Below are positions 10,601-24,196 of a stretch of 64,000 bases of DNA, piece after piece; position 1 is the stretch's first letter, and every line of letters begins with the position of its first letter. A program made the translations under genes and the position numbers. The notes beneath the pieces were generated by a model. That model had not been told where the DNA came from and ran no database searches. It saw only the letters and a list, made by a program, of their open reading frames with translations. The stretch is from contig OX597818.1 of assembly GCA_951406725.2 (NCBI GenBank), positions 87,296,001-87,360,000 on the forward strand, read 5' to 3'. Source of the stretch: Octopus vulgaris. Its lineage: Eukaryota.

Positions 10601-10679
10601 GCTGATTCTGATGAAATTTTTGCAAAGGTTCGTTTTCAAGGATAGAATACGATTATCTCTTTTCTTCTATCATGTATCT

Positions 10680-11025
10680 TTTTCAATCATTTGACTGCGG
10701 CCATCCTGGGGCACTCCCTTGAAGAATTTTTAGTTGAATGAATCAAATCCAGTACTTTTATTATAAGCCTGGTACTTATTCTGTCGGTCTATTTTTCCAA
10801 ACAACTAAACTTATGGGGACATACACAAATCTACACCGGTTGTCAAGCACTGATGAGGACAAACACACACATACACATATGATGGGCTTCTTTCAGTTGC
10901 TATCGACTAAATCCACTCACAAGGCTTTGGTTGGCCCAAGGCTATTGTATAACGAACTCAAAACCTTGTGGTTGGGAAACCACATGGTTTTGAGTTCTTA
11001 CCACGCAACCAAACCTGTGCCTGCT
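10680..11025 (-). mobile_element. SINE family B (CORE-like), diverged
   Basis: CAGTCATTTGACTGCGGCCAT...AAATCCACTCACAAGGCTTTGG family signature. Confidence 0.8.
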
Positions 11026-11158
11026 ATGCCATAATATAAATGAAATTTTTAAAAAATTTTTGTTTTTTCTTTTCATTTTCTAATCATTCTCACTTGAATG
11101 ATCAGAATGAATTTGTTTCTGCATGACTCCCTTTGAAAAGCATATCTTTAGACATCAA

Positions 11159-11395
11159 CAGGACTTGTACAAAATAATGGAAACACCCAGCATAATTTTG
11201 AAATATCTATAAAACCATCAAAAGCTTGTTTATTTTTATGTGTGGTAAGTAGCTTGCTAACCAACCACATGGTTCCGGGTTCAGTCACATTGCGTGGCAT
11301 CTTGGGCAAGTGTCTTCTGCTATAGCCTCGGGCCGACCAAAGCCTTGTGAGTGGATTTGGTAGACGGAAACTGAAAGAAGCCTGTCGTATATATG

Positions 11396-11426
<31 letters not shown>

Positions 11427-12732
11427 ATGTGTTTGTGTGTCTGTGTTTGTACCTCTAGCATTACTTGACAACCGATGCTGGTGTGTTTACGTTCGCGTCA
11501 CTTAGCAGTTCGGCAAAAGAGACCGATAGAATAAGTACTGGGCTTACAAAGAATAAGTCCCGGGGTCGATTTGCTCGACTAAAGGCGGTGCTCCAGCATG
11601 GCTGCAGTCAAATGACTGAAACAAGTAAAAGAGTATTATTAGTGTTGCTTAATATGTTTTGCTAAAATTGTTGTTTCTTTTCAGATATCATCAGAAAAAG
11701 GTAATTAAAATTCATTAAAATGACAGATCTATTGGACTTTCAAAGAGGTCAAATTGTTGGTGTTCGTATGGCAGGCGCTAGCGTTATGAAAACAGCTGAA
11801 ATGTTTGGTGCATCAAGTACTCTCTCGAAACAAAACTCCAGAAGAAAACCAAAACTTTCAGATAGGGACCATCAGACTCTTAAGGATCACAAAAGTACAG
11901 CTCCCAAAATTACTGCAGAGCTTAATGACCATCTCAAGAACCCAGTTTGCACAAAAACTGTTTGCCGGGAGCTGCACAGAGCCCGATTTCATGGGAGGGC
12001 TGCAATCAGAAAACCACTACTTTAAAAAACAAACGTTGCAAAGTACTAAGAGTGGAGTAAAAACCTACAAAATTGATCTCTAGAGCAGTGGAAGAATGTT
12101 ATTTTCTTGGACAAGTCATCCTTTACCTCATTTCCCACCACCGGACAAGGACATGTGTGGTGACAGCCAAAAGAAGCATTTGACCTAGATTGCCTTCTTC
12201 CAATTTTTAAACATGGAGGAGGATCTGTGATAATCTGGGGTGGGGCTATATCTTGGAAATTTGTTGGCTCAATGGTTTCTCTTCATGGCAGAATTAATAG
12301 TCAAGACAATTTAAGCATTTTACCTGATCAGGTTCATCCTATGGTTGTGGTACTGTTTCCAGAGGGATGATAATGCACCAATTCACACAGCTAAAGTTGT
12401 TACTGAATGGCATGGCATGAGAAACATTCTAGTGAAGTTGAACATCTTATCTGGCCACCACAGTCTCCAGATCTCAATATTATTGAACGTTTTATGGTGC
12501 ATTTTAGAAAAACAAGTAAGGGGCCTATATCCTCCACCATCATCACTACAAGAACTGGAGACTGTTTTAGCTGAAGAATGGACAAAAATTCCTTTGGAAA
12601 CAATTCAAACTTTATACGAGTCCATACCTCATAGAATTCAAGCTGTAATTACTGCCAAAGGCAGCGCTACTCCATATTAAAATAAATTTGTTTGAAATTT
12701 TAAGGTGTTTCCGTTATTTTGTCCAACCCCTG
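11159..12732 (+). mobile_element. Tc1-type transposon with degraded transposase, interrupted by SINE B (11239-11633)
   Basis: TIRs CAGGACTTGTACAAAATAATGGAAACACC / GGTGTTTCCGTTATTTTGTCCAACCCCTG-TA. Fragments MTDLLDFQRGQIVG, DDNAPIH, WPPQSPDLNIIE, IPHRIQAVITAKG. Confidence 0.9.
11239..11633 (+). mobile_element. SINE family B with internal (TA)n/(TG)n microsatellite
   Basis: tRNA-like head (GTGGTAAG...GGTTCAGTC), CORE-like CTTGGGCAAGTGTCTT, tail GGCGGTGCTCCAGC...GAAACAAGTAAAAGAG. Confidence 0.92.
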
Positions 12733-13354
12733 TATAGCATTTGGCAGAAATGCATTTTTGAGGATGTAGATTTCAATTATGGTTATTTTTCTAGAAAAAA
12801 AAAGGTAAAATTTACTAAGATCATGAAAATTAGTGGTGACATAGTTCTAAGCAGAGGAAAGGAAAAAGAGCTGAAACTCTTCCACAGTGCTTTTTTTCTT
12901 AAATTTCATCAAAATAATCATAAGCCTATCTTTGTAAAATTCCATTAAAAAATATGCATTTTAATGAAAGTTTAGAGGAAACAAATTCTGGGTCAGGGTA
13001 CAAATCTCAAGTTATACCAATGTATTTTTTTTATCAAAACCTTTTTCATGTGCTTATAAATATTTTTTCATGATTTACATAGACATGATTTGATGGGAAG
13101 CTAAAAAGGTCATAAGGCAGACAGTTTTTATAGAAGATTTACATCCAGACATGGATAAAAGCTTTCCTGATGCCAACAATGATAAAATAACATTGCTTTT
13201 ATCAAATTTCTTCAAGTTGAGAGCCTAATGGAAACTAGTAAATCTGGCTTTTCAGAAATTGCCTTGGTACTATAAAAAACAGTTTCAAAATTTGGAACAA
13301 TGCCAGGAATTATGGGAAAGAGGGTAAGTCAATTACACTGACCCCAGTGGTTAA

Positions 13355-13930
13355 TCATCATCATCATCACCATCATTTAACATCTGTTGTCCATGCTGGC
13401 ATGGGTTGGACAGTTTGATCAGGGCTGGTAGGCTGGAAGCTGTATCAGACTCCAGTCTGATTTGGCATGGTTTCTACAGCTGGGTGCAATTCCTAAAGCC
13501 AACCACTCCCAGAACATCTGTTGTCCATGCTGGCATGGGTTGGACAGTTTGATCAGGGCTGGTAGTCTGGAAGCTGCATCAGACTCCAGTCTGATTTGGC
13601 ATGGTTTCTACAGCTGGGTGCAATTCCTAAAGCCAACCACTCCCAGAGTGTAATGAGTACTTTTGCATGTCACTGGTACCGGGGCCATTTGCATGACACC
13701 AGTATCTGCCACGACTACAATTTTACTTGGCTTGGTGGGTCTTCTCAAACATTGCATAATGCCAAAGGGCTCAGTCATTCATCATAGCCTCCATGAGGGA
13801 CAACACTTGAAAGATGCTTTTTCACGTGCCACCAGCATTGGTTACTTTGCCTCCATGAGGTCCAACGCCCCAAAAATGCTTTTTATGTGCCACCTGCACA
13901 GGTGCCAGTTATGTAACACTAAAATCGACC
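13355..13930 (-). mobile_element. Diverged RTE-type 3' tail (internal ~134-bp duplication) inserted into a SINE A relic
   Basis: (CAT)n tail and reverse complement of CCGTCCAACCCATGCTAGCATGGA. 13379-13512 is repeated at 13513-13646. Confidence 0.7.
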
Positions 13931-14049
13931 ACAGGTAAAATCAACCTCATTGGAATTTGAACTCAGAACATAAAGATGGACAAAATGCCACTAAATACTT
14001 TGTCCAGCATGCTAACATTTCTCCCAGCTCACTGCCTTACTATCAATAT

Positions 14050-14730
14050 ATCTAAAATAATTTTATTTAATTTCCTTAGATCTGAGTTACATGGACGAAT
14101 AAGTCTAACTTTTGGGTGAGAATAAAAATTATCTTTATGGTCTTTTAAAGTAATTCTAGGGTGCATAACTACATAAGGTTCAGTTTTATTATCTAACTCA
14201 TATTTCATTATGATTAATTTAGAGGCCTTAATTATATTATAAAGAGTATTTTTAGGAACAATTTTATATTTTTTTATTAATTTCTTTCTCTAATAAATTA
14301 TCATATAATTTAACATCTAGTTTATACAGGTTCCTAGTTTTATCTGATTGTACTATAATTCCTTCCATATTTCACATTTCTTTTATTCTAATAGCTAGAT
14401 TTCTTAAATATTCATTGTGCCTATTTGAGTATTTATGAAATTTAATATTTTTCACCACCTTCCAAATATTATCCTCTAAAACCTGTATATCCCTATTATA
14501 TGGGGTTCCTTTCTAGATTTAAATTTTGTATTGATATGATTAGTATTCTCTACATCATAAATATTAGATATGTTACAATTATTATCGTAGGCTTTCCATT
14601 TAATCCTATTAATAAAACTTTTTATATTATTAATAAGTTCCAAAATATATTCTTTTCTAGATGGTACAGGAATATTCTTCAAAGATGAATTCCAAAATAG
14701 CGGTTCTATCTTACCTGTAAGTTCCATAAC
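14050..14730 (-). mobile_element. Penelope-like element ORF N-terminal relic
   Basis: SLKNIPVPSRKEYILELINNIKSFINRIKWKA and IVQSDKTRNLYKL motifs, typical of the region preceding a PLE RT. Confidence 0.7.
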
Positions 14731-14825
14731 TAATGAAATTGAGAGTTAAATACAATCGACAAACGTTAGTTATAAATCTAAATAGTAATATTATTAATAA
14801 TAAAATAATAATATATATATTTTTT

Positions 14826-15398
14826 TCTTTTATTCTTTTACTTGTTTCAGTCATTTGACTGCAGCCATGTTGGAGCACTGCCTTTAGTTGAGCAAATCGA
14901 ACCTAGGACTTATACTTTGTAAGCCTAGTACTTATTCTATTGGTCTCTTTTGTCAAACTGCTAAGTTACGGGGACATAAACACACAAGCATCAGCTGTCA
15001 ATGATGGTGGGGGGATAAACACAGACACAAACACACATATACATACATACATATATATATATATATATGTATGTATATGTATGTGTGTGTGTGTGTGGAG
15101 GCACAATGGCCCAGTGGTTAGGGCAGCGGACTTGCAGTCGTAAGATCGTGGTTTTGATTCCCAGGCTGGGCGTTGTGAGTGTTTATTGAGGGAAAACACC
15201 TAAATTCTCCATGAGGCTCCAGCAGGGGGTGGTGGTGATCCCTGCTGTACTCTTTCCCCACAACTTTCTCTCACTCTTTCTTCTGTTGGCCAGCTCGCTT
15301 AGCCAGCGGGGTGGCGTCATTTGAAGGCTAAAACAATGTGAAGTGCATTGTGACCAGCGATGTGTAGCAACATCTGATAGCCTGGTCAGTCACATGAT

Positions 15399-15431
<33 letters not shown>

Positions 15432-15560
15432 CGACAGGCTTCTTTCAGTTTCCGTCTACCAAATCTACTCACAAGGTTTTAGTTGACCCAAGGTTATAGT
15501 AGAAGACACTTTTCCAAGGTGCCACTTAGTGGGACTGAACCCAGAACCATGTCGAGTAAA
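14826..15560 (-). mobile_element. SINE B with SINE C (15097-15407, +) nested in its microsatellite
   Basis: B tail and B head flank a GGAGGCACAATGGCCCAGTGGTTAGGGCAGCGG... tRNA-like head and body. Confidence 0.88.
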
Positions 15561-15569
15561 CTCTTGGTT

Positions 15570-16195
15570 ATGGTTTCCTGAATAGAGAAATGTACATGAC
15601 TAGAATAATGAATGAAGGAAACATAGGAATGAAAGAAAAATATGTTGAAATCAAGAAACTTCACACAAACAAAAAAATAAACCACAATAAAATGTATAAA
15701 TATCAAAGAGTTGACAGATAGTGAAATAAAAATATCCAAAGATGGGTATGTATTAAAAGCAAAGAAGGAAACCTGCTTTTTGTAAAAGAGGAGATCATGA
15801 AAATATGGACAGAGCTCATGGGAAACCTATTAAAAGATGAAAGATCTAAAATGACCTCACCATCCAACCTGAATATTCAGACCAAAGATTTTCAAGTCTG
15901 AGGTGGAACATAACATCAAGAAGATGAGAAAAGGTAAAACCCCAGGGATAGCTATGACAACATGTGAGATGTTAGGAGCATGAGAAGATGATGGTATGAG
16001 AATCTCACAGACCTTTCCAAAGGCATCTATGACTCTAGAGAACCTCCCTAAACACTTTAAAACATCAGTATTTATCATCCTGCTGCAAAAAATCCTAAAT
16101 CAATGAGTTCTCTGATATCAGGATTTTCAGTCTCATGTTTCATGCTCTTAAAATATTCCCAATAGTCATATTAGAAAAAATAAAGAAGCAAAATT
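15570..16195 (+). mobile_element. RTE-type LINE relic (continues ~17545-17700)
   Basis: Degenerate IKSKEG..EEIMKIW, EVEHNIKKMRKGKTPG, SVFIIL and SLMFHALKI motifs. Confidence 0.6.
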
Positions 16196-17541
16196 TGGCA
16201 TCATGGTGTTATCAAGTACATGCAGAAAAAGGGTTTAAACCCCTCAAGGACATTCATGCTGATATGGTTGCTACATTCGGGGGATAATGCTTCAGCTTTA
16301 TCAACAGTGTAAAAGTGGGCAGCTGAATTTAGGAGGGGAACAGAAAGTCTTGAAAATGACCCAGCATCTAGTTGACATGCAACTGCCACCATCAAGGAAA
16401 ATACTGATAGTGTTTACCACATGGTGATGGATGACATTTGACTCTTTATAAATCAAATAGTCAATGTTATTAGCATTGCGAGAGATTTCAGAATATGAAC
16501 TTGGCATGATGAAGGTTTCTACTCAGTGGGTGCCATGTCTTCTGACATCTGATCAAAAGTGCAACAGGCTGATCACATCATGGGAAAATCTGACAATGTT
16601 TGAGGTAGATTCAGCTGGTTTTCTTGAATGTTTCCTAAGCCAAGATGAGTAGGGTTGGCTTCATCACTTTTGAACCAGAGACAAAGAAACAATCCATGGA
16701 GTGGAAATAGCTGTTCTCACCAGCTTCAAAGAAGGCCAAGGTCATTTCATCTGCAGGGAAGGTGATGGCCTCAGGTTTTTGGATGCAAAAAGCGTTGTGT
16801 TTATTGATCATCTTCAAAGGGCCACATGATCAACAGAGAGTACTATGCCAACCTGTTGATGCATTTACAAAAGGCTACCAAGACCAAATGCCCAAGGAAA
16901 CTGACAGAAGGGGTTTTGTTAAAGGCGGCGAGCTGGCAAAAATGTTAGCATGCTGGGCAAAATGCTTCGCGGTACTTCGTCTGCCGTTACGTTCTGAGTT
17001 CAAATTCCGCCAAGGTTGGCTTTTCCTTTTATCCTTTCAGGGTCGATAAATTAAGTACCAGTTACGTACTGGGGTCAATGTAATCGACTTAATCCCTTTG
17101 TCTGTCCTTGTTTATCCCCTCTATGTTTAGCCCCTTGTGGGCAATAAAGAAATAAGAAGGGGTTTTGTTTCATCAGGACAATGTTCCAGCACACTAGTCC
17201 TTGGTTTCAATGGTTGTTGCGTGTGACTGTAACTTTGAACTGGTTTATCACCCTCCCTATTCTTCTGATTTGGCCCCATCAGATTATCATCTGTTCTGCA
17301 ATATGGAAAGACACTTGTCTGGGAACCAATATTGCAATGATGATGATGATGTCATATCTGCTGTTGATGACTGTTTTTGACCAAGAGGATGTATGCTTCT
17401 TCACCAACTGGATTCAAGCACTGCAACACCAATGGAAGAAATGTGTGGCTTGTAAGGAGTATAATGTTGAAAACTAAACCTCATTTGGTCACATACCCTG
17501 GGATTATCTTGGGTAGCCTATGAACTATTCAGCCAACCTTC
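16196..17541 (+). mobile_element. mariner (DD34D) transposase pseudogene interrupted by SINE A
   Basis: VIKYMQKKG, WVPCLLT, HQDNVPAH, HPPYSSDLAPSDY motifs; many stops and frameshifts. Confidence 0.88.
16924..17154 (+). mobile_element. SINE family A with 15-bp TSD
   Basis: TSD AGAAGGGGTTTTGTT at 16906-16920 and 17155-17169. Confidence 0.92.
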
Positions 17542-18342
17542 ACAAGGCTTAAAACATTTTTAAGAATGAGAAAAGATCTTCATCTCAGAAAACATAATAT
17601 TGCATCTAAAACTGAGACTGGCAGACTGTCATATTCTAACTGACCTATATCGGTCAGAAACAGAGCAATGAAAAAGAAGATAGAATACTTTGAAAGGGTA
17701 GTGTATTTCAATAGAAATATTGTAACACAAGGGTTAATAAAATATTTTGTTCCAATCCTAATAAAGCATTAGATTTCATTCCTAAAACGCTTCCATTCCT
17801 TATAAAGTGCTAGGTTCTATTCCTAACACATTTCTTTTCACAATGAAATGTTGGATTTAATTTCTAGTAATTTATTAAGGAAGTGGAGTGGTCAAGTGAA
17901 TTAACTTCAGCATCTCACAGGTATTTTATTTATCTTGGAGGAATAAACAGTTTAAATGATGAAAACAGGGTAGACGTCAGCAAAGGGTAGCACATGCAAG
18001 TTGAAATTTCTTCGTTTTGACGAGGATTTGTCAGATTTTTTTTTTTTTTTAACCTGGTACCCTTGGAAATGATGGGAAGCATCTTTGGGAGAAAAAAAAC
18101 TGAAAAATGATGCCCACCCCCATTATTACACTCAAGCAAAACAAAAAAAAAAAGACATGAATTTCTTTCTCTTACTATTGCCGTTTTTTTTGCTCCCCAT
18201 CATTTCCCCCCCAAAATATAAAATTTGAAATATCCACGTCAAAACGGAGATTCAACTTGTGTATGCTACCTATTGCTGATATCCGCCGAATAGATTTGAA
18301 CTCAGAAGATAAAGGTACAAATGAGTTTAAAAACTAGTTTCT

Positions 18343-18776
18343 GGCAATCTTTCGTCTCTAGTAGACCTTTCCGTCGATTTCCGTAAAAAAATTTTTTTTT
18401 TTTACATATGGGCTTGCGGGAACTTTTGAAGTAATGAGAGCGAAAGAGACTAAGAGAAAGCGATTGTATGACGAGGGAAGTTCTTTTGAAGTTACCGTGC
18501 GTGGGAGCATTGATGGACATGTGTGTGTGCGTGCGTGTGTGTGTGTGTGTTTGATGGGGTGTGGGAGACAGACAGTATGTTGTGTAAGTGAAGTGCTTCT
18601 GTTAGTGTGTGTGAAGAGACAGAGTAATGTGTGAAAGAAAGAGATAACTGAAATTTTTTACTCGGTGCATGTGTATATGTATGTATATTACTTCAAAAGT
18701 TCCCGCAAGCCCATATGTAAAAAAAAAAAGTTTTACGGAAATCGACGGAAAGGTCTACTAGAGACGAAAGATCGCC
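18343..18776. mobile_element. MITE with ~90-bp terminal inverted repeats
   Basis: 18343-18435 is the reverse complement of 18687-18776 (GGC(A/G)ATCTTTCGTCTCTAGTAGACCTTTCCGTCG...). No clear TSD. Confidence 0.85.
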
Positions 18777-19584
18777 TAGACGGTGTCCTTTGTTATCAAT
18801 CTTCTTTGAAAACATGTCCGGCTATAGAAGGGGCTGTGGTGGATATGACGTTACTTGGAAACAAGTAAGGGTTGGTGACAGGAAGGACATCCAGCCGCAG
18901 AAAATCTGCTTCAGCAAATTTTGCCATGTGAAAATGGATGTTAAGGCAATAGCGATAACGATGCTGATTTCTTCGACATTGTACCACATTCTTCTGAAAC
19001 GTCAGTGCTTTATCAAATTTTGTTTACTTTCTATTTCTGAGTTCGAATCATGTCCTTGATCCCTAGTATTTATTTTACAAGCACCAGAAATATACTAAAC
19101 CAATCTTCTCGATTGTAAAAGTTCTCAAAAGTAATGTTTTTTAACAGAAGTTAAACTTGCAATCGTAGATAACCAAGTTACCTACCTTTATCATCAAGGG
19201 AAATAACTCCTTTTTACAAAATCAAACTAGAAAACTGAACAAAACAGAGAACATAACTGAAAAAATTAAAAAGAAAAAAAAGAGAGAAAGAAAAAAGAAA
19301 ACAAAACAACAATTCACTCGGTATGAACGCGCAAACGAATAAACTGCTTTGCAGTATTGCTCGAAATACCAGAAATAGTTGAAGGATTTCACTGTTTAAA
19401 AGAAGAAATATCACATTGATATACTGCATAACTATTGTTATTTAGATCCAGATGAGTCCTGATCCAGAGATCCTACCATCAAGCAGATCATATTTCAGCT
19501 GTGACACATCATTTCGTTTTGAAAATTCTTATACGCAGTGTATCTTGAACTATCATTATCTAATATGTCCTTCCACTTTTAAAA

Positions 19585-20030
19585 TAATAAAATAATAATA
19601 ATAATGAAATTATTGTATACAGTGCTCAGGTGCACCACAACTTGTCAAAAAGTGTGTATAAAGCATATGCAGTAATGTACAAATGTCTGGGAAGTGAACA
19701 GTGTATGAGTCAGATACATGCTTGCGTGTGTATGGAGGGGAGAAAATCAGGTGTAGTGTTGGCGAATCTCAGGAAGCATGGAAGTTTTGAAGGATGCAGT
19801 GCTCCGACAACTAACAACTGATGCCGGCAGTTTGTTCCATGCTTCAGCAACTCTTAGTGTGAAAAAATGTTTCCGAAAACATGTTCATTGTAAACATGTT
19901 CATGGGTGTTAGACAGGTGGAGTTTGAAAAGGTGCTCAGAGTTATTGTTTGTAAGATGGTTAATAATTTTATGGGTGTCTGCCAAGTCAGCTGCCAGATG
20001 TCGGAGTTTCAATGTGTCCATGCCCAGGTT
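19585..20030 (-). mobile_element. CR1/L2-type LINE 3' end relic
   Basis: LGMDTLKLRHLAADLADTHKII...FFTLRVAEAWNKLPASVV on the minus strand, with a (TTA)n tail. Confidence 0.75.
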
Positions 20031-20275
20031 TGAAAGAAATTTAATTGCCAGAGTAATTAAATAAATAGTCAGACAAATGTTTAATTTCCAGTCAACGCGA
20101 ATTTAATCGTACCTGTACATAGACATACACATAGGAACACACACACACACACACATGTGCACACAGAAATATGTATGTATAGAGATGTTACAGCATGATT
20201 GCAGCTCCTTCAAACCATATTAAACTTACATTTTACTCATATTCTCTCCCCACCCCTCTCTTTCCCTGTCACTCA

Positions 20276-20309
<34 letters not shown>

Positions 20310-20314
<5 letters not shown>

Positions 20315-20715
20315 CTTTAAAAACTTGGATTACTGGCGGAACATTATAATAAAAACAGCTATTCAGTGCAAACATAATAGACCTGATACTGTTCTGTGGG
20401 ACAGAGAACAACAGCTCTATTGTAGAGGTCAGTTGTCCAGCAGATCTAATTGTACAATCAAAATTCCAGGAAGAACAGGACATTTATGGTGAATTAATGC
20501 AAAACTTACAGCTCTTGAACCCTGACTATGACTTTTCATTTGTACCTATCATCATTGGTGCATTAAGTTATGTACCAAAGAATTTGCACAAAAACATAGA
20601 AATACTAGATTTTTTGAAGAAAGAGCAAAAGAATCTGACGTGGATTCTCCAATTCCAATCTACTAGTGGCACAGTGAAGATCTGTAAGACATTCCATAGA
20701 TCCTCCATCTGACAT
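20310..20715 (+). mobile_element. RLE-type (R4/Dong/NeSL-like) non-LTR retrotransposon C-terminal relic; a related end lies at ~21690-21780
   Basis: KHNRPDTVLWD...YGEL...VPIIIGAL...GTVKICKTF restriction-like endonuclease signature. Confidence 0.75.
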
Positions 20716-20984
20716 GCTTTCAGTAAATAGATGAACACGCTTGGGTGTATGCATGACAGCTCAGCTAACACACCAACTTAACAACTACATACTTACAGAC
20801 ATTGGGGCCTCTCTTAACTTGGAAAGTTTTGTCACTTTGTTAGTGACTAGATTGAATTCTTTCAAGAAAAACTTAAATAAAACTCAAAGAAAATTCATGC
20901 ATACATACATGATGATGGCCATCCGCTTGTGACTGAGGAAGACAATTGCTGACCTTCAGGAACATTCTGTGCTTTAGGACTAAC

Positions 20985-21690
20985 TTATATTTTGCACTTG
21001 TGGTGCTGCTGGTGGCTAAAGACCCCTGCTCTTGATAAGCATAGACGACTGCAAACATTGCAAACCAAGCTTTCCCCATTCACTACACTAACAATGCGCT
21101 TTCAAGCAGCATGCTTAAATTCTACATGCAGAATATGTGCTCTTTCAAAGGTGTTGACCCCCTCCATAACCTGCTTCCCCCATCTGTGGCAATGACAAGT
21201 ATTGCTCTCTCAGTCAGTCTCCTGCATATCACAAACCTTTAATGAGGACTTGACACAGTTCTTAAAATGCAGCCTTGGTTTCTGCTTGGGTCTCTTTCCA
21301 CTAACAAGTTCACCATATAGCACCTGTTTAAGGATCCTGCTATCCTTCCTTCTAATAAATTGTCCAGTCCAACATTATCAGTACTTGTGCACCATTACCT
21401 CAGTATTCAAGATATCAGCTTTCCTCAAGACCTGTGTGTCTGAAGTTTTTAAGGTCTAGCCAACATTCAGAATGTTTCTCAGACATCTCTGATGGAAGCT
21501 TTCAAGGGCCTTTACATGAAGTTTGTAAAGGGTTCATGTCTCACATGAGTAAAGGGGCAATGTCAGTACACATGCATGGTACACAGCAATTTTTGTTTGC
21601 CTTGTGATGCCATGCTGGCACCAGACACAAGAGATCGGAAGGAATCAGTTGCTCTCTGCAGCCTGAAAGATATTTCATCATCCAAAACCA
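20985..21690 (-). mobile_element. RTE-type LINE 3' relic with terminal zinc finger
   Basis: LYSCET, LESFHQRCLRNIL, ILKQVLYGEL and CNVCSRLCLSRAGVFSHQQHH on the minus strand. Confidence 0.8.
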
Positions 21691-21849
21691 GAAAGGAGAA
21701 AGCTAATTCAAAGACTACAGATCCAATCTATCACTCTAACTGTAAAAATCTGTAAAGCGTTCCAGAAGTTTATCATTTAAATATATATGAGCATGTCTAG
21801 ATATGCAACTATATGCATGAGTATACATATAATAAAACATACAAATCTG

Positions 21850-23003
21850 CACTGAGTCAAATGACTAGAGACCGAGACCTCTGGAAGTATGCTGTGCGCG
21901 AGAAGACCTGGCAGGACAAGTGAGACCATAACCCGTGGCCTTCTAGATGGGATGGAGCCAGCCTACGTATGCATACCTTCCCTTCTTGGGACACAAAACT
22001 CTACTTGTGAAGACCTGTTGAGGCAAGTGAGGATCAGAATCGAAATCGATCAATGGAAATTGCAGCTGAGTTACCAGTGCCGGTGGCACGTAAGAGAATC
22101 ATCCGTTTGTGACTGTTGCCAGCACCGCCCTGACTAGCCTCGTGCCGGTGGCACGTAAAAAGCACCATCCGTTCGTGTCTGTTGCCAGCCTCGCCTGGCC
22201 CCCGTGCCGGTGGCACGTAAAAGCACCATCCATTCGTGTCCGTTGCCAGCCCCGCCTGGCTCCCGTGCCAGTGGCACGTAAAAGCACCATCTGTTCATGT
22301 CCGTTGCCAGCCTCGCCTGGCCCCCGTGCCGGTGGCACGTAAAAGCACCATCCATTCGTGTCCGTTGCCAGCCCCGCCTGGCTCCCGTGCCAGTGGCACG
22401 TAAAAGCACCATCTGTTCATGTCCGTTGCCAGCCTCGCCTGGCCCCCGTGCCGGTGGCACGTAAAAGCACCATCCGTTCGTGGCCGTTTGCCAGCTCTGT
22501 CTGGCACCTGTGCGGGTGGCACGTAAAAAGCACCCACTACACTCACAGAGTGGTTGGCGTTAGGAAGGGCATCCAGCCGTAGAAACACTGTCAGATCTGA
22601 CTGGGCCTTATGAAGCCTTCCGGCATCACAGACCCCAGTTGAACCGTCCAACCTATGCTAGCATGGAAAACGGACGCTAAATGATGATGATGATGATGAT
22701 GATGATACATACATACATGTCCGTTGCCAGCCTCGCCTGGCCCCCGTGCCGGTGGCACGTAAAAGCACCATCCGTTCGTGGCCGTTTGCCAGCTCTGTCT
22801 GGCACCTGTGCGGGTGGCACGTAAAAAGCACCCACTACACTCACAGAGTGGTTGGCGTTAGGAAGGGCATCCAGCCGTAGAAACACTGTCAGATCTGACT
22901 GGGCCTTATGAAGCCTTCCGGCTTCACAGACCCCAGTTGAACCGTCCAACCTATGCTAGCATGGAAAGCGGACGCTAAATGATGATGATGATGATGATGA
23001 TGA
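21850..23003 (+). mobile_element. RTE LINE 3' end with ~61-bp minisatellite in the 3' UTR and a duplicated tail
   Basis: ORF end MTRDRDLWKYAV; 8 units (22077-22530) each with a GTGCC-ggt-GGCAC hairpin; (GAT)n tail. 22717-23003 repeats ~22420-22706. Confidence 0.8.
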
Positions 23004-23299
23004 TACATACATACATACATACATACATACATACATACAAAAATACCCTGTTGATGTTGAAATTCCAATGAAGGAACCTTGGATCTAGGTTAGAAACTGG
23101 TTCTTTCTCTATTGGCAAGAAATCTTGAAACAAACTGAATGATGGCATACATGCATACATACATACATACATACATTAATTCATAATCCTACAATGCATT
23201 TGTAGTACTAGTGCTGATTCCAACATTTGGGATACTTGACTGGTTTCTAGAAGAAATCCACTCAATAGACATTAAAATCAGCAAGATTCTAACTGGATA

Positions 23300-23648
23300 T
23301 TTATAATTTTTTAAAAATAATTTTATTTGGATTCCTGTTGCATATCGCCTATCTGTCCACAACAGCTTTTTTTCAATTTGGCTGCAATCATTTTCTCTAC
23401 CTCCATTGCCCAGGATGAAGTAAAATTTCAAATCTATTCTTAGCATTGCGAAACACGTTTTGAAACTTTTTCAGAAGCTATTTCCCTCACTGCTAACTGA
23501 ATGTGTTCATTAAATTCAGCTAAACTATTGCTTCATAACGGGGATGGAGGTAGAGAAATTTATTGTAGCTAAATTGAAGAAAGCTGTTGTGGACAGATAA
23601 GCAGGATCCAACAGGAATGAAAATAAAATTATTCAAAAAATTTATAAA
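23300..23648. repeat. Degenerate long inverted repeat (old MITE/foldback)
   Basis: 23300-23410 is an imperfect reverse complement of 23540-23648 (TATCTGTCCACAACAGCTTT / AAAGCTGTTGTGGACAGATA). Confidence 0.75.
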
Positions 23649-23704
23649 AATTATAAAATTATAAGCAAAATTTAAAAAATTTATATGCCTTTAACACATA
23701 TTAA

Positions 23705-23923
23705 CCCTTTAGTATTTAAACTGACCATATTCGGCCAAAATAGCTAATCTGTTTTATGTTCAAACTGACCAGATCCAGGCTCTCACACCTACCCTACAAT
23801 GTTATTCTACATTAAGTAATTACACCATCAAGATCTTGAAGATATGAGATAATGCATCATTAATTCAAATCAATGGGAATCAATAGGCATTATGTTTGAT
23901 TGAATAATCTGAACACTAAAGGG
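23705..23923. mobile_element. TTAA-flanked piggyBac-type MITE, second family (decayed reverse copy at ~3837-4040)
   Basis: TTAA|CCCTTTTAGT...ACTAAAGGG|TTAA. Confidence 0.8.
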
Positions 23924-24196
23924 TTAAATATGATAAGCATAAATACAAATGAGTTTTTAAAATATTGTTCAATTTCATTGAAACAGATAATTATGGGATA
24001 CCCTGTGTGTATATATATATATATACACTCTCGGAGTGGTTGGCGTTAGGAAGGGCATCCAGCTGTAGAAACACTGCCAGATCTGACTGGACTGGTGCAG
24101 CTTTCGGGCTGCCCAGACCCCAGTTGAACCGTCCAACCCATGCTAGCATGGAAAGCGGACGTTAAATGATGATGATGATGATGATGATATATATAT

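Noticed and set aside
22071-22530. Regularly spaced palindromic repeats resembling a CRISPR array
   Set aside because: The 'spacers' are homologous to each other, there are no cas genes, and the context is a eukaryotic LINE 3' UTR.
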